A stretch of 43,755 nucleotides of DNA, from the sequence record SRR20825006_1817. One strand, 5' to 3'. The translations under genes and the position numbers were made by a program. This document shows, in pieces, positions 38,803 to 43,755 of this stretch. Numbering within the stretch: position 1 is the first letter of the stretch; each line of letters begins with the position of its first letter. Below the pieces are notes generated by a model. It did no database searches and was not told the DNA's origin. It saw only the letters and a list, made by a program, of their open reading frames with translations.

Positions 38803-39522
38803 ATGAGAAAACGTTTGGGAATCATATCGTTCTTTGTGGTCATCTTTGTAGCATTTATAGTTATCTGGAACTATAGTTATTTACAAGGTCGGGAAGATGC
38901 CTATATCCCTGTGATCGACGTACCATCAGGAAACTATATTCCTTCTGAACGAGGAGCCTTTCTTCGATTTGAAAATCCAAATATGGATTATGCCAAAATG
39001 CCGGTGGATGAGAATCATCAGCGGTCATTGAAAGACTATTATGACAATAGGGCCTATCTGGGGGCACCGCCCAGTATCCCCCATCCAGTGGCAAAAGAAA
39101 GAAGTTTTGGAGGCAATACCTGCATACAATGTCATCAAAACGGTGGGTTCGTAGAAAAATTCAATGCGTATGCTCCCGTAACTCCGCATCCGGAAATGGT
39201 GAACTGTCGTCAGTGCCACGTTACCAAAAATACAAATACAACTTTTACGGAATTTAATTTCGATAAAATGCAACCTCCAAAAGTTGGTATAGGAGCAAAC
39301 AATGCCATGCCAGGAAGTCCCCCAATGATCCCACATCAATTGCAATTTAGGGAAAGTTGCATATCCTGCCATGCTGGTCCGAGTGCACCCAAAGAGATCA
39401 GGGTGACACATCCGGACCGCATTAATTGTAGGCAATGTCATTTGCCACAAGAAAATAGGGCCGTACAAGAGTTAGATACAAGCACTTTTTTAAGACAATT
39501 TGACCAGCTCAATGAAAAATAG
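38803..39522 (+). CDS. NapB-like cytochrome with duplicated domain (4 CxxCH)
   Basis: GAPPSIPH/GSPPMIPH repeats; CIQCH, CRQCH, CISCH, CRQCH. Confidence 0.85.
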   Translation: MRKRLGIISFFVVIFVAFIVIWNYSYLQGREDAYIPVIDVPSGNYIPSERGAFLRFENPNMDYAKMPVDENHQRSLKDYYDNRAYLGAPPSIPHPVAKERSFGGNTCIQCHQNGGFVEKFNAYAPVTPHPEMVNCRQCHVTKNTNTTFTEFNFDKMQPPKVGIGANNAMPGSPPMIPHQLQFRESCISCHAGPSAPKEIRVTHPDRINCRQCHLPQENRAVQELDTSTFLRQFDQLNEK

Positions 39523-40141
39523 AAACCCAATATATTATGTAATGCTCTTTTTTGCGGTCTCCTTCGTTTCTTGTAAGCAAGAAGGGGAGTACCATTCCAT
39601 TACCGATAAAATAGAAGCTCACCAAAAACCCTATCATGGTGGTTTATCCTCCGAAGAGTTGCTTGTAGGTACTGATTTGATACAAATAGCAGAGGGTGAA
39701 CATACGTTTCTTATCCCCGAACGAAAAGGACAGATCAAATCATATGCCTGTATAGAATGTCATAGCAAACCTTTGAACGAGATGAAGGGCGCTAACGGTC
39801 AGAAAGCACATTGGGATATAAAAATTAACCATGCGGCCATTGAAACAATGGATTGTGCAACATGTCACAATCCGGATAATATGAATAACCTCAAAAGCCT
39901 TACAGGAACAGATATCGATTATAATTTGAGTTATAAACTCTGCGCCCAATGCCACAGCAAGCAGTTTGAAGATTGGAAAGGTGGTGCACACGGAAAAAAA
40001 GTGGCAGGATGGGCGCCGCCAAGGGCATCCATGACCTGTGTCAACTGCCATAACCCCCATAATCCAGGTTTTGAAACCAGGTGGCCCGTACAGTTTAATA
40101 CTCAAAAAGTAAAGGAACGAAAAGATGGCCTAGGTCATTAA
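39512..40141 (+). CDS. Tetraheme cytochrome c lipoprotein
   Basis: Lipobox FVSC; CIECH, CATCH, CAQCH, CVNCH. Confidence 0.9.
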   Translation: MKNRNPIYYVMLFFAVSFVSCKQEGEYHSITDKIEAHQKPYHGGLSSEELLVGTDLIQIAEGEHTFLIPERKGQIKSYACIECHSKPLNEMKGANGQKAHWDIKINHAAIETMDCATCHNPDNMNNLKSLTGTDIDYNLSYKLCAQCHSKQFEDWKGGAHGKKVAGWAPPRASMTCVNCHNPHNPGFETRWPVQFNTQKVKERKDGLGH

Positions 40142-40151
40142 AAATATAGGT

Positions 40152-41279
40152 ATGAGCGAAAGTAAAAAATGGTATTCTTTAGACTTGGGTCTACATAAAA
40201 AATCGGAACCTTCAGAGACCTGTGGCTGTGGCCATACGCAAGGAAGTTGCGGCAGTAGCCCCAAACAAGAAAAATTGAGTGCTGAGGAATTCTATGAGGC
40301 GGCCATCAACGCTTCCATCGGTGACGAAAGAAAAAGGGATGGCTTTGAGCAGGTGTTCGATGTTAAAATGGACAGAAGGGATGCTTTTAAAAAACTAACC
40401 GCCAGTCTTCTTATTGGTGCAGGTGCGGTCAGCTCCTGTACAAGTGTGGTCCAAGGAGCGGATAGCAAGGAAAAAGCACAGATAGATTGGGAAGAGCAGT
40501 TCAAAGGCAATTATAAATTGATGACCGATGACGAAAAAAAGCGGACCGTTGATAGGTTAATGCGTTCTTATGAATTAAGAACAGGCAAGAGCATCAACAT
40601 GTCATCGAAGAATGCTGAGGAGGACGTGCTTTTTGGATATGCGTTCAATATTTCCAAATGTCAAGGATATATGGACTGTGTAAGTGCTTGTGTCGAAGAA
40701 AACAATCAGGACAGAAAATCACAGATGCAGTATATCCGTATCCATGAGATGAAAGATGGTAAAGGCTTCAATTTTAATGAGGCCGATGACAATTATTATC
40801 ACGAAGTACCGGCCGAAGGTCATTTTTATATGGGTACCCAGTGTTTTCATTGCGATAACCCTCCTTGTGTGGATGTTTGCCCTGTCCAAGCAACCTGGAA
40901 AGAAGAAGATGGTCTGGTAGTGATTGATTATGATTGGTGTGTTGGATGCCGTTATTGTATGGCTGCGTGCCCGTATGACGGAAGACGCTTTAATTGGAGC
41001 AAGCCCGAGGTTCCTGAAAATGAAATCAATAAAAATCAACACTATCTCGGAAATAGAATCCGTAAGAAAGGTGTAATGGAAAAGTGTACATTTTGCGTAC
41101 AGCGGTCAAGAAACGGTAAAAACCCTGCCTGTGTGGAAGCTTGCCCTACAGGAGCCAGAATTTTCGGAAACTTACTGGATCCCAATAGCACCATCCGATG
41201 GGTGTTGGAGAACAAGAAAGTGTTTCGATTAAAGGAAGATCTGGGCACGGAACCCAAGTTCTGGTATTTTATGGATTAA
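40152..41279 (+). CDS. NrfC/DsrO-like Fe-S protein
   Basis: CFHCDNPPCVDVCP, CVGCRYCMAACP, KCTFC...ACVEACP; internal RRDAFKK. Confidence 0.9.
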   Translation: MSESKKWYSLDLGLHKKSEPSETCGCGHTQGSCGSSPKQEKLSAEEFYEAAINASIGDERKRDGFEQVFDVKMDRRDAFKKLTASLLIGAGAVSSCTSVVQGADSKEKAQIDWEEQFKGNYKLMTDDEKKRTVDRLMRSYELRTGKSINMSSKNAEEDVLFGYAFNISKCQGYMDCVSACVEENNQDRKSQMQYIRIHEMKDGKGFNFNEADDNYYHEVPAEGHFYMGTQCFHCDNPPCVDVCPVQATWKEEDGLVVIDYDWCVGCRYCMAACPYDGRRFNWSKPEVPENEINKNQHYLGNRIRKKGVMEKCTFCVQRSRNGKNPACVEACPTGARIFGNLLDPNSTIRWVLENKKVFRLKEDLGTEPKFWYFMD

Positions 41280-41357
41280 AAATTAAAATACAGAAGAATC
41301 TACAACCTATGGGCTTTGTTGGTAACACTGTATTGGCAATGCGAAAAACAATAGAGA

Positions 41358-42590
41358 ATGAGACAATTAAAAGTGATCAGGAGCTTGGTGATCGATAGTT
41401 TGGACACGATTACCAAAGGCTCTAAAAAATACCACCTTTGGATGGGTTTTTTAACCCTTGTCATGCTCATTGGGATGTACTGCTATTCCATTCAGTTGGA
41501 TGAGGGATTAAGCGTAACTGGAATGACGGATAGGGTCAGTTGGGGGCTCTATATTTCAAATTTCACATTCTTGGTAGGCGTAGCGGCCGCAGCGGTAATG
41601 CTTGTAATGCCCACCTATGTTTTGAAGGATATTGATTTTAAACAGGCCGTCCTTATTGGGGAAGGACTGGCAGTGGCTGCTTTGATCATGTGTCTGGCGT
41701 TTGTTGTTGCAGATATGGGCGGGCCATCGGTGTTATGGCATATGATTCCAGGTATCGGTGTATTTAATTTTCCGAATTCCATGCTCACTTGGGATGTAAT
41801 CGTACTCAACGGATATCTCTTCATCAACATTAGTATTCCCTTTTATATACTTTACAGACATTATCAGAATAAAGAGGCCAAGAAGAGCATATATGTGCCG
41901 GGCGCTGTATTGTCCGTATTCTGGGCTGTCGGTATCCATTTGGTGACCGCATTCCTTTATCAAGGGCTACAGGCACGCCCTTTTTGGAATAACGCGTTGT
42001 TGGGGCCTCGATTCCTTGCCTCTGCATTTGCCGCTGGACCTGCGTTGATCATATTGGTGTTGGCGATAATCCGTTCTTTTACGGCGTTCAAAATACCAGA
42101 TAAAACCATAGGGAAAATTGCCATGATCGTCACGGTTGCTGCGCAAATCAATTTGATCATGCTGGTCTCGGAACTGTTCAAAGAATTTTATGCACCCACA
42201 CACCACAGTGAAAGTGCCTATTACTTATTTTTTGGACTCCATGGGAAAAATGCATTATTGCCCTGGATTTGGACGGCCATACCCCTTAATGTTTTGGCCA
42301 CGGTTATGTTGACCTTCGGAAAACTCCGAAAAAACCCAAAAATATTATACTTCTGTTGCTTTATTCTATTTGTGGCCATATGGATTGAAAAAGGGTTTGG
42401 TCTAATTGTGCCAGGATTTATTCCTGGGCCTTATGGCAAAATTGCGGAATACCTGCCTACGGGGATTGAGGTGGGCGTTACTTTGGGTATTTGGGCATTA
42501 GGGGCATTTGTCTTTACTATTCTTGCAAAAACCGCTATTGGAATCGAGCTTGGGGAATTACGGTTTAAATTAAAACAAACAGAATCGTGA
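41358..42590 (+). CDS. NrfD/DsrP/PsrC family membrane quinol oxidoreductase subunit
   Basis: WGLYISNFTFLVGVAA, ADMG, SMLTWD, RFLASAF; about 10 TM. Confidence 0.9.
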   Translation: MRQLKVIRSLVIDSLDTITKGSKKYHLWMGFLTLVMLIGMYCYSIQLDEGLSVTGMTDRVSWGLYISNFTFLVGVAAAAVMLVMPTYVLKDIDFKQAVLIGEGLAVAALIMCLAFVVADMGGPSVLWHMIPGIGVFNFPNSMLTWDVIVLNGYLFINISIPFYILYRHYQNKEAKKSIYVPGAVLSVFWAVGIHLVTAFLYQGLQARPFWNNALLGPRFLASAFAAGPALIILVLAIIRSFTAFKIPDKTIGKIAMIVTVAAQINLIMLVSELFKEFYAPTHHSESAYYLFFGLHGKNALLPWIWTAIPLNVLATVMLTFGKLRKNPKILYFCCFILFVAIWIEKGFGLIVPGFIPGPYGKIAEYLPTGIEVGVTLGIWALGAFVFTILAKTAIGIELGELRFKLKQTES

Positions 42591-42863
42591 GCAATCGTAT
42601 TGCTGGAAAAGGTAACAATTGCTGGATTACCCAATATGAAAAGTGATAAAATGGGTACTGTTGTTGTAAAGTATCATGTCCAATTTTTTACAAAAAAAAT
42701 GGTCAATGGTGATTGATGTTGATTAAAATAGAAACGATACTATTTTGATAGGCCTCTTTTTCGGTTCCATAAATTTGAATTTGTGTTGATTATGGTTGAG
42801 TAACATTCATGAATATCACCTTTGATTCAGATCAGATGCTTGCTTCTGATGTGTGAAGATGTT

Positions 42864-43484
42864 TCAAGTAGATTTTTTTACTCTTTTTACGGTGTTCAGT
42901 GCTGGTTTTGCGACTAATTTTATCAAACGTAAAAAACGTCCGTCCGCTGGGTATCGACGCTCCGGGGTCAAGTTGTTGAAGGTAAGTGCTACCAATAACA
43001 TGATGAGGACTCCACTGAAAACCGGGAAGAGGACATACCAATATCCCAATCCGATGATTTTTTCGGAACCTATTACAGCGATAAGAGCCGTTGCTCCACC
43101 AGGGGGGTGGAGGGTCTTACTGTATTGCATGGCCAGAATGGAAAGTGAGACGGATAGGGCAGCGGCAAGCCATAGAATATCTCCAAATAATTGACAGATT
43201 GTAACGCCTATGACAGCACTGATGACATGGCCCCCAATCAGGTTACGAGGTTGTGCCAAAGGACTATGGATGGCTCCATAAATTAACACTCCTGTCGCAC
43301 CAAAAGACCCAATGAGCAATATGTTGTCCGATTGGTCAAGATAATGGCCCTGAAAGACACCGATACAGGCAATACCAATAAAGGAACCCAAGAATGACCA
43401 AAGTTGTTCTTTGGGCTCCACAGAGGTTTCCCTATAAACGATATACCTCCCAATTCGATACCCTCGTTTGAAATTCTTTCGCAT
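42864..43484 (-). CDS. HPP family membrane protein
   Basis: SFGAT, SPLAQPRNLIGGH, LHPPGGATAL; ATG 43484 preferred. Confidence 0.92.
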   Translation of the reverse strand: MRKNFKRGYRIGRYIVYRETSVEPKEQLWSFLGSFIGIACIGVFQGHYLDQSDNILLIGSFGATGVLIYGAIHSPLAQPRNLIGGHVISAVIGVTICQLFGDILWLAAALSVSLSILAMQYSKTLHPPGGATALIAVIGSEKIIGLGYWYVLFPVFSGVLIMLLVALTFNNLTPERRYPADGRFLRLIKLVAKPALNTVKRVKKST

Positions 43485-43755
43485 AGGCGGCCAAAGATAC
43501 ACCCTTGCTTGGATGAAGCAATGTCCTTCTCTGATATTTTGGACTTTGTTTGGTACTTTTTTGTTATGAGGATAACGCTTATGGTAAATGTATAGGTTCT
43601 GTCACATTAGTATGGAGTGTTACATAATCATATACATATTAAGCTGGTTGAAAACTTAAAATTGGAAACTTTCACGTTTAGAAGTAAAATGCTTAAGGAT
43701 TATTACTATTTTTACCACAGTTTAACACATAAAAAATGTGTTCAAAAGTTGTTTT

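Noticed and set aside
42591-42863. Possible gene remnant between the NrfD-like and HPP genes
   Set aside because: Only short interrupted frames with no identifiable similarity
1-43755. CRISPR arrays, tRNA/rRNA genes, transposases, integrases, att repeats
   Set aside because: None seen by eye, so mobility of the region cannot be claimed from this window

Overview
Bacteroidota (most likely Flavobacteriaceae; inferred from gene content and TAnnTTTG promoters) region devoted to anaerobic N-oxide respiration. Left to right: Rrf2 | nadA-nadB-thioredoxin-like; an uncharacterised 602-aa probable flavoprotein; class III ribonucleotide reductase (nrdG-nrdD); Rrf2-ric-hemerythrin-small membrane protein; a clade II nitrous oxide reductase cluster (cyt c, fasciclin, nosZ, nosB, nosL, cupin, CopD-like, nosD, nosF, nosY, His-rich membrane protein); a third Rrf2; a probable copper uptake operon (probably leaderless Cys-rich ORF ending HPP, OprC-like TonB receptor, frameshifted FixH/YtkA-like lipoprotein); a sensor kinase and sigma54 activator upstream of a gdh cluster with two Rnk/GreA-like paralogs; a porin; damaged moaC-mog fusion and moeA; a non-canonical periplasmic nitrate reductase operon (napD, napA, tetraheme NapB-like, tetraheme cyt c, NrfC-like, NrfD-like); and an HPP protein. 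Two repeated operator motifs tie the modules together: an Fnr-like box exactly 22 bp upstream of the -7 element at five promoters, and an 18-bp palindrome at five sites, three of them upstream of Rrf2 genes. No RNA genes, CRISPR or IS elements were recognised. All family assignments come from motif recognition, not database searches.
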